In this document: in pieces, positions 1 through 9,980 of the stretch
How the letters are laid out: every line of letters begins with the position of its first letter
Position numbering within the stretch: the stretch's first letter is position 1
Position numbers and translations under genes: made by a program
Source of the DNA: Myxococcota bacterium
GTDB taxonomy: Bacteria; Myxococcota; JACRCW01
Reading direction: 5' to 3'
NCBI GenBank assembly: GCA_040752415.1
Contig: JBFMGU010000048.1
Coordinates: 1-49,727, forward strand
Length of the DNA: 49,727 nucleotides
The notes under the pieces: model-generated
Told to the model about the DNA's origin: nothing
What the model saw: the letters and a program-made list of their open reading frames with translations, nothing else
Database searches by the model: none

Positions 1-1
1 C

Positions 2-316
2 GCCGCCAAGAAGTCCGACGAGGAAGGCGCCAAGCCCGCCGCCAGCAAGAAGAGCGACGACGGCAAGAGCGCGGAGGCGGCCAAGTCCGACGACAGCAAG
101 AAGCCCGCGACGCTGACCATCAAGGTCTCGCCGTGGGCGCAGGTGTGGGTGGATGGCAAGAGCAAGGGCATGACGCCGCTGGAGCCGCTGCAGCTCAAGC
201 CCGGCAAGCACACGGTGCGACTCGAGAACAAGGACCTCAACGTCAAGCGCACCGAGACCGTCACCCTCAAGCCCGGTGAAGAGGGAGAGCTGAAGATCAA
301 GCTGAGCCAGCAGTGA
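2..316 (+). CDS. Partial CDS (3' end): Lys/Asp/Ala-rich linker plus C-terminal PEGA domain, probably a Ser/Thr kinase or PEGA-domain protein
   Basis: Manual translation from base 2: ...ATLTIKVSPWAQVWVDGKSKGMTPLEPLQLKPGKHTVRLENKDLNVKRTETVTLKPGEEGELKIKLSQQ*, stop TGA 314-316; PWAxVxVDG...TP...L..G.H.V pattern is PEGA-like. Confidence 0.8.
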   Translation, partial: AAKKSDEEGAKPAASKKSDDGKSAEAAKSDDSKKPATLTIKVSPWAQVWVDGKSKGMTPLEPLQLKPGKHTVRLENKDLNVKRTETVTLKPGEEGELKIKLSQQ

Positions 317-337
317 ACGTCGCCAGGAAGTCGACCC

Positions 338-1741
338 ATGCAACGCGGCAACCGGCTTGTCGGGGGACTGGGATGGATGGCGCTGGTGGCGGCCTGCCCG
401 GCCCTGCCGCTCCCCACGACGACCCGCGCCCTCGACGCCGCTCCGCTCGGCGGCGCCACGCCCCGAGGTGATGCCGGCCGCCCCGACGCTGCCGACGCCG
501 CCGTGACCGGATCCTCGTCGGGCGGGGGGGCCGACGGGGGCGCGGACGCGGGATGGGATGCCACGGTTCCCCCGCCGGCGTGGACCGCGTGCCTCACTCC
601 CCCCGACGGCGGGCTCCGCGACGGTTCTCCCGACGAGAGCGGCAACGCACCCGCGTGCACGATGTTGGAGGTGGTGAGCGTGGCGGGCGGGTCACGCGGC
701 TATGGTGACGGGCTGATGCGCAACGCGCGCTTCTACCGGCCGCGCGGCATGGCGGCCACGCCCGACGGGAAGCTCTACGTGGCCGACGAGAACAACCACG
801 CGATCCGCGTCGTGGACCCCGCGGCCAACAACGTGGGCACGGTGCTGGGCGCTCCGACGCGGCCGGGGCACGTCGACGGTCCGGTGGCGGAGGCGCGACT
901 GCGCAACCCGCGCGCGCTGCTGGTGGTGGGCTACTCGCTGTTGATCGCTGACGAGGGGAACGCGGTGATCCGGCGGGTGGACCTGGACGTGGGCGACGGC
1001 GGGGTGGTGAGCACGCTGGCGGGCAATCCCGGGATGCGCGGCGGGCAGGACGGCGTGGGCGAGGCCGCGACGTTCAACGGCATCTCCGACCTGGCGCTGG
1101 CCCGCAACGGACGCACGCTCTACGTGGCCGACCAGTTCAACCAGGCCATCCGCGTCGTGGACGTGGCCACGCGTGAGGTCACCACGCTGGCCGGTGCGCT
1201 GGGCGAGAATGGTAACGCCGACGGACCGGCGGCCGAGGCGCGCTTCAACATGCCCACCGGCCTGGCGCTCTCCCCCGACGGCACGCGCCTCTACGTGGCC
1301 GACCAGTACAACCACGCCGTCCGGGAGATCCTGCTGTCGACGGGCACGGTGCGCACGCTGGCGGGTCGCGCGGGGCTGGCCGGTGAGGTGGACGGGCCGG
1401 GGCCACAGGCGCGCTTCCAGTACCCCACCGACGTGGCCGCCGACGAGCGCAGCGTCTACGTGGCGGACCAGACCAACCTCAAGCTGCGTCGCGTGGACCT
1501 GCCGAGCGGCGAGGTGCTGACGGTGGCGGGCGCGTCCAACGCGCTGCAGCTGCGCCTGGGCACCACCGACGTGGCCCGGCTCTACCAACCCCTCAACCTC
1601 CTGCTCTCCCCCGACGGACGCGCGCTGCATTTCACCATGGACCGCGTGCACGGCATCTACGCGCTGCAGGGTCTGCCGGTGGACGCGGGCCCGCCCGACG
1701 GCGGCGCACCGCGGGACGGCTCGACGGGTGATGGGGGATGA
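338..1741 (+). CDS. NHL-repeat beta-propeller protein, probable lipoprotein
   Basis: Repeated 'ARFxxPxGxAxxPDGxxLYVADxxNHAIR' units; N-terminal hydrophobic stretch ending LVAAC followed by DAG-rich linker. Confidence 0.88.
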   Translation: MQRGNRLVGGLGWMALVAACPALPLPTTTRALDAAPLGGATPRGDAGRPDAADAAVTGSSSGGGADGGADAGWDATVPPPAWTACLTPPDGGLRDGSPDESGNAPACTMLEVVSVAGGSRGYGDGLMRNARFYRPRGMAATPDGKLYVADENNHAIRVVDPAANNVGTVLGAPTRPGHVDGPVAEARLRNPRALLVVGYSLLIADEGNAVIRRVDLDVGDGGVVSTLAGNPGMRGGQDGVGEAATFNGISDLALARNGRTLYVADQFNQAIRVVDVATREVTTLAGALGENGNADGPAAEARFNMPTGLALSPDGTRLYVADQYNHAVREILLSTGTVRTLAGRAGLAGEVDGPGPQARFQYPTDVAADERSVYVADQTNLKLRRVDLPSGEVLTVAGASNALQLRLGTTDVARLYQPLNLLLSPDGRALHFTMDRVHGIYALQGLPVDAGPPDGGAPRDGSTGDGG

Positions 1742-1746
1742 GGGGA

Positions 1747-1785
1747 GCGGTGACCCGGAGCGAGGGAGGCAACCCGGGTCACCGC
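1747..1785. terminator. GC-rich hairpin between convergent genes (possible bidirectional terminator)
   Basis: gcggtgacccgg (1747-1758) is the reverse complement of ccgggtcaccgc (1774-1785); no U-tract. Confidence 0.45.
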
Positions 1786-1798
1786 GAGGTGATGCCGT

Positions 1799-4700
1799 TC
1801 AGAACAGCTCGGCGAAGAGCCAGTAGGTGAACGTGGTGTCTGGCGCCGAGAGCTGCGAGCGCGCGACCTCCACGAAGTAGATCCCGGCGCTCAGCCCCGG
1901 CACCGTCACCTGGGAACACCAGTTGCCGCCGCCCGCGTCGATGTCGTCGTTCTCCGCCAGCACGGTGACGCCGTCGGGAGCCAGCAAGGCCAGCCGGGAG
2001 TCCAGCTGCATGATCGGGCAGCGCCCGTCACCACCGTCCTGGACCTCGACGACGAGGCCGAGGTTGTCCTCGGGGATCTCCACCATGAAGTAGTCCACGT
2101 CGGAGGGCGGGTTGATGTCGGCCGGGCCGTTGACGGCGCCATAGGTCAGCGGGCCGTTGGCGTTGGCCACGTCGTCGTTGGGCTCGGTCTCGAAGGGCGG
2201 AAGGCGCACGCCGGGGAAACAGGCGAAGTCTCCCTCCACGGTGGCCTGCTCACAGATGTAGCCGTCACGACAATCCGCGTCCTGCGTGCAGCCCGCCACG
2301 CACAGGCCCACCGGGTTGGCCTCTTCATACTGCCAGCAGACACCCGCGTAACACTCCGGCGTGGCGGCCCCGACGGTGCACCACTCACTGCAGTAGCCAC
2401 GCGTCCATTCGAAGGCGTCGGGGATGCACACGGGGTCCGCGCCCGCCCGGCTCACACACTGCGAGTTCGCCGCGCAGCTCTGCCCGGTCATGATGCTGCC
2501 CGGAGTGCACTCCGCGGTGCCGTTGCAGTCGGGGTCGGCGCAGTCGAGGGCACCGTCGGTGTCGTTGTCGAAGAAGTCCCAGCAGACCTCCGGCGCGCGC
2601 ACGCAGCCCTCCAGGCAGGTGAAGTCGTCCACCGGGTCGCACTCCTCACCCGGCTCCACGATGCCGTTGCCGCACTCCTTGAAGGCACAGAGGTTGGTCA
2701 GGTTGCCTCCCAGGGTGGCCCCGGTCAGGTCGCAGTAGCCGGTCACCGTGCACTGCGCGTCGTCCTGGCAGAAGCCGTCGCACACCCCCACGCCCACCGC
2801 GTAGTCGACACACGCGTAGCCATCGCGGCAGCCGCTGCCGGCCTGCAGGTCGCAGGTGGCAAAGCAGATGCCGCGGGTGGCATCGAGATCGACGTCGACG
2901 CACGCCGAGCCCGCGGGGCAGTCGTCATTGGCCAGGTCACACCACTCCGAGCAGAAGCCGGAGGGACGACCGTAGAACGCCTCGTTGATGCACACCGGGT
3001 CGGCGTTGTTGGCGGCGCACTCGTTGCTGCTGCTGCAGGGGGTGCCCACCGCGCCCTGGCCCGCGGCACACTCGGGGTCGTCGGCGCAGTCGGGATCCAC
3101 GCAGTCGATCAGGCCGTCGCCGTCCTCGTCGCCCAAGCCGTAGCAGAAGAGCTCCTCGGTCTGGCAGCTGGCGTTGCAGGAGTAGCCGTTGGGCGGGTCG
3201 CAGGTCTCACTGTCCTCGATCACCGCGTTGCCACAACCGGGGTTCAGCGTCTGGCAGTCGGGCGTGCAGAAGGTGTTGTCAGCCGGGTCGCAGACCTCAC
3301 CGTTGTCGACGGTGCCGTTGCCGCAGGTGGACTCGCAGAAGCCGTTGTCGTCGGGCGTGACCACGTAGCCCGACGGGCAGTTCACGGAACCGCACACCTG
3401 GCTGCTGACGTCGGGACAGTCGACGTCGGTGCCATTGCAGCCGCAGTCGCAGACGTCGTCACCGTACCAGGCGGGATCACACGTCCAGCCCGGCGGCGGG
3501 GGCGCCGCGCAGGTGCCGCGGTTGGTGTTGCAGAACCCGGTGGAAGCCGCGCAGTCCGCATCCTCATTGCAGGCCGCGAAGCACACGCTGGTGTTGGTGT
3601 CCTGCAGCGGCACGCAGTCATAGTTGTCGCGGCAGGGGTCGGTGGTGGCGTTGCACTCGTCGAGGCACAGGCCCAGGTCGGGGTTGGCGGGGTCATTCAT
3701 GGTCAAGCAGATGGCGCCGCTGGGACAGTCATTGTTGGCCAACGAGCACTGCTCCATGCAGTAGCCGCCCGGCCAGCCGTAGATCTGCTCACTGATGCAC
3801 TGCGGGTCACCGTTGGTGCTGGCGCAGGTGGCGCTACCGGTGCACGGCGAGCCCACCGGGTCGGTGCCGGCTGTGCCGCACTGCGGGTCGTTGGCGCAGT
3901 CGGGGTCGGCGCAGTCAATGAGACCGTCGTTGTCGTCGTCAAACAGGCCGAAACAGTAGTACTCCTGGCCCTGGCAGCTGGCGTCGCAGTTGTAGCCGTT
4001 GGGCGGGTCACAGGTCTCGTTGTCCTCGACCACCGCGTTGCCGCAGCCGGGGATCACCTGACAGGCGCGGTCGCACCAGGTGTCGTCCACGGAGTAGTCG
4101 CACACCTCGTCGGAGTCGACCTCTCCGTCGCCGCAGCTGGAGATGCACTGCGAGAGATCGGTGGGATCCACGTCGGTGCCCTCCACGCAGTTGTCCGTGT
4201 AGCAGGTGGGCTGGTTGGCGCAGGCGGGGTCGGTGGCGAGGCAGCCGCAGTCACAGAAGGCGTCACTGGCCCAGTCCGCGGGGCAATTCCATCCCTCCGG
4301 GGCGATGCGCACGCAGCTCTCGTTGCACGCGAACGGCTCCTGGGCGGGGTCGCATTCCTCGTTGCCGTCCACCACGCCGTTGCCGCACAGCGTGGCCAGG
4401 CACAAGCCGCGGTAGAGGCTGCCCTCCGCGGTGTCGCAGATGCGTCCGTCGCTGCACTGGTTGCTGTCGGTGCAGGCGGGAGCGCAGTAGGGCGTGGCGG
4501 TGCCGGTGAAGCAGGTGTAGCCGGTGCGGCAGTCCTGGTTGTCGCGACAGCTCCCCGCGCAGGTGCCGGTCTCCAGCGTGCTGCCGTTGTCGTCGGTGTC
4601 GGGCACGCACACGCCGCCGTTGCAGTCTCCGTCGGCCACGAGGCATTCCTCCAGGCAGTAGCCCGCGGGCCAGCCGTAGGTGGCCTCATCCAGGCAGAGC

Positions 4701-5350
4701 ACACCGTCGTTGTTGGCGCTGAGGCACTGCGAGGAGTCGGTGCAGGCGTCTCCGTTGGCGCCGCCCGAGGAGCTGCTGGACGACGACGAAGACGAGGACG
4801 AAGAGCTCCCCACGTTGCCGGACGACGACGAGGACGAGCTGCTGCTGCCCACGTTGCCCGAGGAGGAGCTGCTGCCGCCCACGTCACCCGACGACGAGCT
4901 GGTGCCCACGTTGCCCGATGACGTGCTGGTGCCGCCCACATCTCCCGACGAGGAGCTGGTGGAGCCACCGCTCGAGGAGGTTCCGCCCACGTCTCCCGAC
5001 GAGGAGGAGCTGGTCACCTCCCCGGAGCTGGCGCCGGAAGACGACGTGGCGCTGACGCTGCCGGAGCTGCTGCTCGCCTGGCCGGAGCTGCTGCTCGCCT
5101 GGCCGGAGCTGCTGCTGACCTGGCCGGAGCTGCTGCTGGATTCACCGGAGCTGCTGCTCGCCTGACCGGAGCTGCTGCTGGACTCACTGATGATGCCGGA
5201 TGATGACGACGAGCTGGACGTGCTGCCCCCGCCGCTGGAAGAGGTGGATTCCTCCTCCGTGCCGGTGGTGGTGGACACGCAGCCGGTGAGCCCGAGCCAC
5301 AGGACCGCCGTGGCCATTCCCAGGGAACGACGACGCAAACGCATGGACAT
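1799..5350 (-). CDS. Large Cys-rich repeat lipoprotein with poly-Ser stalk and C-terminal PPC-like domain
   Basis: Start reassigned to ATG 5350 (GGAGGG upstream); lipobox LTGC; ~170 aa Ser/Gly stalk; CGNGxVxxxExCD repeats, DxDxDGLIDCxDPDC motifs, WPxGYCxExC units; C-terminal ETEPND...DVDYF...DSRLALLAPDG...LAENDD. Confidence 0.88.
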   Translation of the reverse strand: MSMRLRRRSLGMATAVLWLGLTGCVSTTTGTEEESTSSSGGGSTSSSSSSSGIISESSSSSGQASSSSGESSSSSGQVSSSSGQASSSSGQASSSSGSVSATSSSGASSGEVTSSSSSGDVGGTSSSGGSTSSSSGDVGGTSTSSGNVGTSSSSGDVGGSSSSSGNVGSSSSSSSSSGNVGSSSSSSSSSSSSSSGGANGDACTDSSQCLSANNDGVLCLDEATYGWPAGYCLEECLVADGDCNGGVCVPDTDDNGSTLETGTCAGSCRDNQDCRTGYTCFTGTATPYCAPACTDSNQCSDGRICDTAEGSLYRGLCLATLCGNGVVDGNEECDPAQEPFACNESCVRIAPEGWNCPADWASDAFCDCGCLATDPACANQPTCYTDNCVEGTDVDPTDLSQCISSCGDGEVDSDEVCDYSVDDTWCDRACQVIPGCGNAVVEDNETCDPPNGYNCDASCQGQEYYCFGLFDDDNDGLIDCADPDCANDPQCGTAGTDPVGSPCTGSATCASTNGDPQCISEQIYGWPGGYCMEQCSLANNDCPSGAICLTMNDPANPDLGLCLDECNATTDPCRDNYDCVPLQDTNTSVCFAACNEDADCAASTGFCNTNRGTCAAPPPPGWTCDPAWYGDDVCDCGCNGTDVDCPDVSSQVCGSVNCPSGYVVTPDDNGFCESTCGNGTVDNGEVCDPADNTFCTPDCQTLNPGCGNAVIEDSETCDPPNGYSCNASCQTEELFCYGLGDEDGDGLIDCVDPDCADDPECAAGQGAVGTPCSSSNECAANNADPVCINEAFYGRPSGFCSEWCDLANDDCPAGSACVDVDLDATRGICFATCDLQAGSGCRDGYACVDYAVGVGVCDGFCQDDAQCTVTGYCDLTGATLGGNLTNLCAFKECGNGIVEPGEECDPVDDFTCLEGCVRAPEVCWDFFDNDTDGALDCADPDCNGTAECTPGSIMTGQSCAANSQCVSRAGADPVCIPDAFEWTRGYCSEWCTVGAATPECYAGVCWQYEEANPVGLCVAGCTQDADCRDGYICEQATVEGDFACFPGVRLPPFETEPNDDVANANGPLTYGAVNGPADINPPSDVDYFMVEIPEDNLGLVVEVQDGGDGRCPIMQLDSRLALLAPDGVTVLAENDDIDAGGGNWCSQVTVPGLSAGIYFVEVARSQLSAPDTTFTYWLFAELF
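5060..5186 (-). repeat. 21-bp tandem repeat (about 6 copies) encoding SSSSG(Q/E)(A/V/S) in the Ser stalk
   Basis: ccggagctgctgctcgcctgg-type unit repeated in tandem. Confidence 0.8.
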
Positions 5351-5572
5351 TGCCCTCCGACGACAGCCGTGGGTTGGGTGCCGTGGGGAGGGCAACGCGC
5401 GCCTCTCGCGGCGGGAACATGGCTGCCGTGAAAACGAGCGGCAGTATGCCCGCAGCCAAGGGGCGAGGCTACGCGGAGCAACAAAAGTTGCGTTGACACG
5501 GAGCGCTGTCCGCTGCAGCGGATGCACTGTGCCAGGGATCACACGCGGACCAACGCGTGGCTGGGCGTGCGC

Positions 5573-8500
5573 TCAGAGCGTGCAGGTGGCGTTGTTGTCG
5601 GGGGTGATGGTGCTGCAGTCGGTGCCCACGGCGTCGGGGATGTCGCAGGAGCCGTCGGGGACGTTGTTCTCGTTGTTGTCGCCGGCCAGGCAGTAGTTGC
5701 AGGCGGCGGCGGTGTTGTTGGGGCAGTCCACGTCCTGGATGCCGCAGCCGCAGTCGCACGGGCCGTCGCCGTAGTAGCCGGCTTCACAGGTCCAGCCCTC
5801 CGGCGCGGTGGACTCACAGCTCTCGTTGCACGCGCCCACGCCGGGCGGCTCACACTCCTCGCCTGCCTCGACGAGACCGTTGCCGCACACGTCCACCAGG
5901 CACTCCGCGTTGTTGCTGGGGTCGATGCTGGTGCAGTCGGTGAGCTGGCCGTCGCGCTGGTCGCACGAGCCGTCGGGGACGCCGTTGTTGTTGCCGTCGC
6001 CCTGGAAGCAGTACTGGCACACCACCAGCGTGTCGCCGGGGCAATCCACGTCGACGATGCCGCAGCCGCAGTCACAGGAGAGGTCGCCGTAGTAGGCGGG
6101 CTCGCAGGTCCAGCCCTCCGGTGCGGTGGACGCGCAGTTGACGTCGCAGGCTCCCTGTCCGGCGGGCTCGCAGCCCTCGCCCTCCTCGGTCAGGCCGTTG
6201 CCGCAGGTGGCGGTGAAGATGGCGTGGCATTCCTCGTCGCAGGTGAGCCCGTCGGGCGGGTCGCAGTCCTCACCGGCTTCCACGCTGCCATTGCCGCACT
6301 GCGGCGCGGCGGCGCACACCGCGTTGTTGTCGGGGTCGATGGTGGTGCAGTCGGTCTCGGGCTCGTCGGGGATGTCGCAGGAACCGTCGGGGACGCCGTT
6401 GCTGTTGGCGTCGGCGTGGAAGCAGTCGTCGCAGGCGCTGGTGGCGCTCTCGCAGTCAATGTCGACGACGCCGCAGCCGCAGTCACACAGCAGATCACCG
6501 TAGTAGGCCGCCTCGCAGGTCCAGCCGTTGGGCGCGGTGGATTCACAGTTGGCGTCACAGGCACCTTCCTCGGCGGGCTCGCATTCCTCACCGGCGTCGA
6601 CCACGCCGTTGCCACAGGCGGCGGAGAGGATGGCGTGGCACGCTTCGTCGCACAGCAGGCCGTCGGGCGGGTCGCAGTCCTCGTCACCCTCCACCACGCC
6701 GTTGCCGCACTCCGGCTGCGCGCACGCCGCGTTGTTGTCGGAGACCGGGAGCGTCCCGTTGGGGCAGTTGTTGTAGAGGCAGTCCGTGGCGTCCAGCGAC
6801 GGGCAGTCATGGTCCTGCGCGCCGCAGCCGCAGTCGCAGAATCCGTCGGCGTAGAGCACGGGGTCGCAGCTCCACTCCGCGGGCGGGTCCTGTACGAACT
6901 GGCAGGCCGGCCCGCAGTTGCCCTGGTTGGGGAACTCACACTCCTCACCGGGGTCGACCACGCCGTTGCCGCAGTCGGGATTCTCGATGAGCTGGCAGCT
7001 CTCGTCGCAGCTGACCCCGTCGGGCGGGTCGCACTCCTCGCCTGCCTCGACCACGCCGTTGTTGCACACGGGCAGGTCGATGAGCTGGCAGCTCTCGTCG
7101 CAGGTGAGGCCGTCCGGGGGATCACACTCCTCCCCCGCCTCGACGACGCCGTTGTTGCACTCCGGCACGGGAATCTCCTGGCAGCTGGCGTCGCAGGTGA
7201 CCCCGTCGGGCGGGTCGCATCCCTCGCCGGGGTCCACCACGTTGTTGCCGCACAGGTTGACCGTCTCGCAGCGCGTGTTGTCGTCGGGCACGGGGTCCTG
7301 TCCGGCGGGACAGCTGTCCACGTCGCACTCGTCGGCATCCAGGGAGTCGCAGTCGATGTCCTGCGCGCCGCAGCCGCAGTCGCACTGTCCGTCGGCGTAG
7401 AACTGGGGCTGGCAGGTCCATTCCGCGGGCACCCCGCCCAGGCGCTGGCAGTTGTCGTCGCAGGTGCTGCCGTCGGGCGGGTCGCACTGCTCACCGGGGT
7501 CCAGCACGCCGTTGCCGCAGCGGGGCGGCGCGGCGGCGCACTCCGCGTTGTTGTCCGGCACCGGCTCCTCGCCGACGGGGCAGTTGTCGTAGGTGCAGTC
7601 GTTGGCGCTCAGCGAGGGGCAGTCCGGGTCCTGCGCGCCGCAGCCGCAGTCACAGAACTGGGAGTCATTCCAGTAGAACGACGGACAGGTCCACTCCGCG
7701 GGCGGCGTGCTGGTCCGACGACACGCGGCATCACAGGTGGTGCCATCCGGCGGGTCGCACTGCTCGTCACCCTCCAGGACGCCGTTGCCGCACACCGGGC
7801 CATCCACGAGCTGGCAGTTGGCGTCGCAGGTGGTGCCGTCGGGTGGGTCGCATTCCTCTCCCACGCCCACCTGCCCGTCACCGCACACGCTGGCGGTGGG
7901 CTGGCACTCCGCGTTGTTGCCCGGCACCGGCTCCTGGCCGTTGGGGCAGTTGTTGTAGGTGCACTCGCCGGATGCCAGGGAGTTGCAGTCCTCGTCCTGC
8001 GCGCCGCAGCCGCAGTCGCACGGGCCGTCGTTGTAGAAGCTGGTGGAGCAGGTCCAATCCGCGGGCACGTCGTCCATGCGCTGGCACGCGGCGTTGCAGG
8101 TGGTGCCGTCGGGCGGGTCGCACTGCTCACCGGGGTCCACGGTGCCGTCGCCGCACTCCGCGCGCTCCGGCTCGCAGTGGGCGTTGTCGTCGGGGACGGG
8201 GACCTGGTTGTCGGGGCATACGTTGTATTCGCACTCGCCGACCTCGAGGGAGTCGCAGTCCTCGTCCTGCGCGCCGCAGCCGCAGTCGCACGGTCCGTCG
8301 TCGTAGTAGCTGCCGGGGCAGACCCAGTCCGCGGGCAGGTCGGCAATGCGCTGGCAATTGGCGTCGCAGGTGTTGCCGTCGGGCGGGTCGCAGTCCTCCG
8401 CGGGAGATTCCACCACGTTGTTGCCGCACTGCGCGGGAGGCTGGTGGCACTGCGCGTTGTCGTCGGAGATGGGCACCTGGCCGCCGGAGCAGTTGTTGTA

Positions 8501-9109
8501 GCCGCAGATGGACGCGTCCAGGGAAGCGCAGTCCAGGTCCTGGGCGCCGCAACCGCAGTCACAGGTGGTGTCGCCGTAGAAGTCGGTGTCGCAGCGCCAG
8601 CCCGCGGGGGCCAGGTGCTGACACAGGCCGTCGCAGCTGGTGCCGTTGGGCGGGTCGCACTCCTCACCGGTCTCCACCACGCCATTGCCGCAGAACCACG
8701 CGCCGCCCGACGAGCTGCTGCTGCTGAGCGCACCGCCGGTGGAGGACGAAGACGAGAGGGAGCTGGAAGGGCCGCCCCCGCTGGAGGAGCTGGACTCCGT
8801 CACGCCGCCCGAGCTGCTGGAGAACGTCGAGGCCGCGGAGCTGCTGCTGTCTTCCGGGTTTCCGCTGCTGGAGGTTGCCGGGCTTCCGCCCGAGGAGGAC
8901 GTACTCACCGAGGTGCCCGGGGATGACGACGAGCGACCGCCGCTGGAGGAGCCGCTGGACGAGCTGCTGCTGCTGGAAACGCTGTTGGCGGTCTCGTTGT
9001 AGACAATCTCGGAGGGCTCGGCGGTGGGCTGTCCGGCACCGGTGCAGGCGGTCCCGACGAGCCAGGGCAGCGCCAGCCCCGCCAACACGGATCGACGACA
9101 AGGCCTCAT
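5573..9109 (-). CDS. Large Cys-rich repeat lipoprotein with poly-Ser stalk (myxobacterial CGNG repeats alternating with CDCGCG modules)
   Basis: Start reassigned to ATG 9109 (GAGGA upstream); lipobox GTAC; 15 CG(N/D)G/CGNN/CNNG...ExC(D/E) units and 9 WxCxxx(Y/F)(Y/W)xDxxCDCGCGxxDxDC units counted in the translation. Confidence 0.88.
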   Translation of the reverse strand: MRPCRRSVLAGLALPWLVGTACTGAGQPTAEPSEIVYNETANSVSSSSSSSSGSSSGGRSSSSPGTSVSTSSSGGSPATSSSGNPEDSSSSAASTFSSSSGGVTESSSSSGGGPSSSLSSSSSTGGALSSSSSSGGAWFCGNGVVETGEECDPPNGTSCDGLCQHLAPAGWRCDTDFYGDTTCDCGCGAQDLDCASLDASICGYNNCSGGQVPISDDNAQCHQPPAQCGNNVVESPAEDCDPPDGNTCDANCQRIADLPADWVCPGSYYDDGPCDCGCGAQDEDCDSLEVGECEYNVCPDNQVPVPDDNAHCEPERAECGDGTVDPGEQCDPPDGTTCNAACQRMDDVPADWTCSTSFYNDGPCDCGCGAQDEDCNSLASGECTYNNCPNGQEPVPGNNAECQPTASVCGDGQVGVGEECDPPDGTTCDANCQLVDGPVCGNGVLEGDEQCDPPDGTTCDAACRRTSTPPAEWTCPSFYWNDSQFCDCGCGAQDPDCPSLSANDCTYDNCPVGEEPVPDNNAECAAAPPRCGNGVLDPGEQCDPPDGSTCDDNCQRLGGVPAEWTCQPQFYADGQCDCGCGAQDIDCDSLDADECDVDSCPAGQDPVPDDNTRCETVNLCGNNVVDPGEGCDPPDGVTCDASCQEIPVPECNNGVVEAGEECDPPDGLTCDESCQLIDLPVCNNGVVEAGEECDPPDGVSCDESCQLIENPDCGNGVVDPGEECEFPNQGNCGPACQFVQDPPAEWSCDPVLYADGFCDCGCGAQDHDCPSLDATDCLYNNCPNGTLPVSDNNAACAQPECGNGVVEGDEDCDPPDGLLCDEACHAILSAACGNGVVDAGEECEPAEEGACDANCESTAPNGWTCEAAYYGDLLCDCGCGVVDIDCESATSACDDCFHADANSNGVPDGSCDIPDEPETDCTTIDPDNNAVCAAAPQCGNGSVEAGEDCDPPDGLTCDEECHAIFTATCGNGLTEEGEGCEPAGQGACDVNCASTAPEGWTCEPAYYGDLSCDCGCGIVDVDCPGDTLVVCQYCFQGDGNNNGVPDGSCDQRDGQLTDCTSIDPSNNAECLVDVCGNGLVEAGEECEPPGVGACNESCESTAPEGWTCEAGYYGDGPCDCGCGIQDVDCPNNTAAACNYCLAGDNNENNVPDGSCDIPDAVGTDCSTITPDNNATCTL

Positions 9110-9264
9110 GAACAGTCCTCGACGGACCGCGCACCGCGGCGCACGTGGCAGCGCAACGGTGCACGGCCCGGGATGGGGGGAAAGCATGCGCGTGCGTGGG
9201 CCGGCTGGTCCGGACGTGCGCGAACCTTCCGCGGGGCCTCACGCGGGTCGTGGCTGTTGTAACG

Positions 9265-9864
9265 TCACGGGGCCAGAGGTTGCACGACGAGGACGGCAAG
9301 ATCCCACGCCAGGTGGACCAGCAGCGACGGAACCAGCGAGCGGGTGAGCAATCTCAACGCGGTCCAGATCAGGCCGCAGAGGAAGGCCACCGACACCAGC
9401 AGGATATCTTGTGAGGTGATGTGTGCCAGCGCATAGATCAGCGAGGCAACCAGCGTTTCCCTCCACCACGCGCGGAGCGGAGGCACCTCGGAGCGGAAGA
9501 TGACCTCCTCCGAGACCACCACCACACTCAGCAGCGCAACCAGCGTGATGCCGCCGTCCTGCGCGGTCTTTCCCAGCAACCCGTACAAACGCGACGTGGC
9601 GGGAGCGAGCCAGGGGAGCCATGAGCTGGCGAGGGCGTAGACCAGGTAGGTGGCGGCGATCATGACCAACGCGCCGATCACGCCGAGCGCCACAAGGCGG
9701 AGGTTGGGACGCAGCAGCGTGCGCGCGGAGGGATCGAGGGTGAGTCGCAGCGCGGCCAGCGTGGGGCCCACCCCGACGAGGAGGAGCCAGCTCTGCAGGT
9801 GCACCACCACCGCGAAGGAGATGAGCCACACCAGCGCGGAGATGGGAAGGAGCCAGCGCATCAT
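9265..9864 (-). CDS. CPBP (CAAX/Abi family) intramembrane glutamic endopeptidase
   Basis: Multi-TM; motifs SEEVIFR, YALAH, HLAWD; start reassigned to MMRWLL because the upstream extension runs through an inverted repeat. Confidence 0.85.
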   Translation of the reverse strand: MMRWLLPISALVWLISFAVVVHLQSWLLLVGVGPTLAALRLTLDPSARTLLRPNLRLVALGVIGALVMIAATYLVYALASSWLPWLAPATSRLYGLLGKTAQDGGITLVALLSVVVVSEEVIFRSEVPPLRAWWRETLVASLIYALAHITSQDILLVSVAFLCGLIWTALRLLTRSLVPSLLVHLAWDLAVLVVQPLAP

Positions 9865-9980
9865 GCTGTGCTTATAGCCGCCGCATTCTCCGTCGACGAC
9901 GGGTTCGCGGGCAGCACCATGCGGACGGGTCCGCTCAGCTTCCGGGAGGGAGCGCGAGGGCCCACGTGATCCGCACCGGC

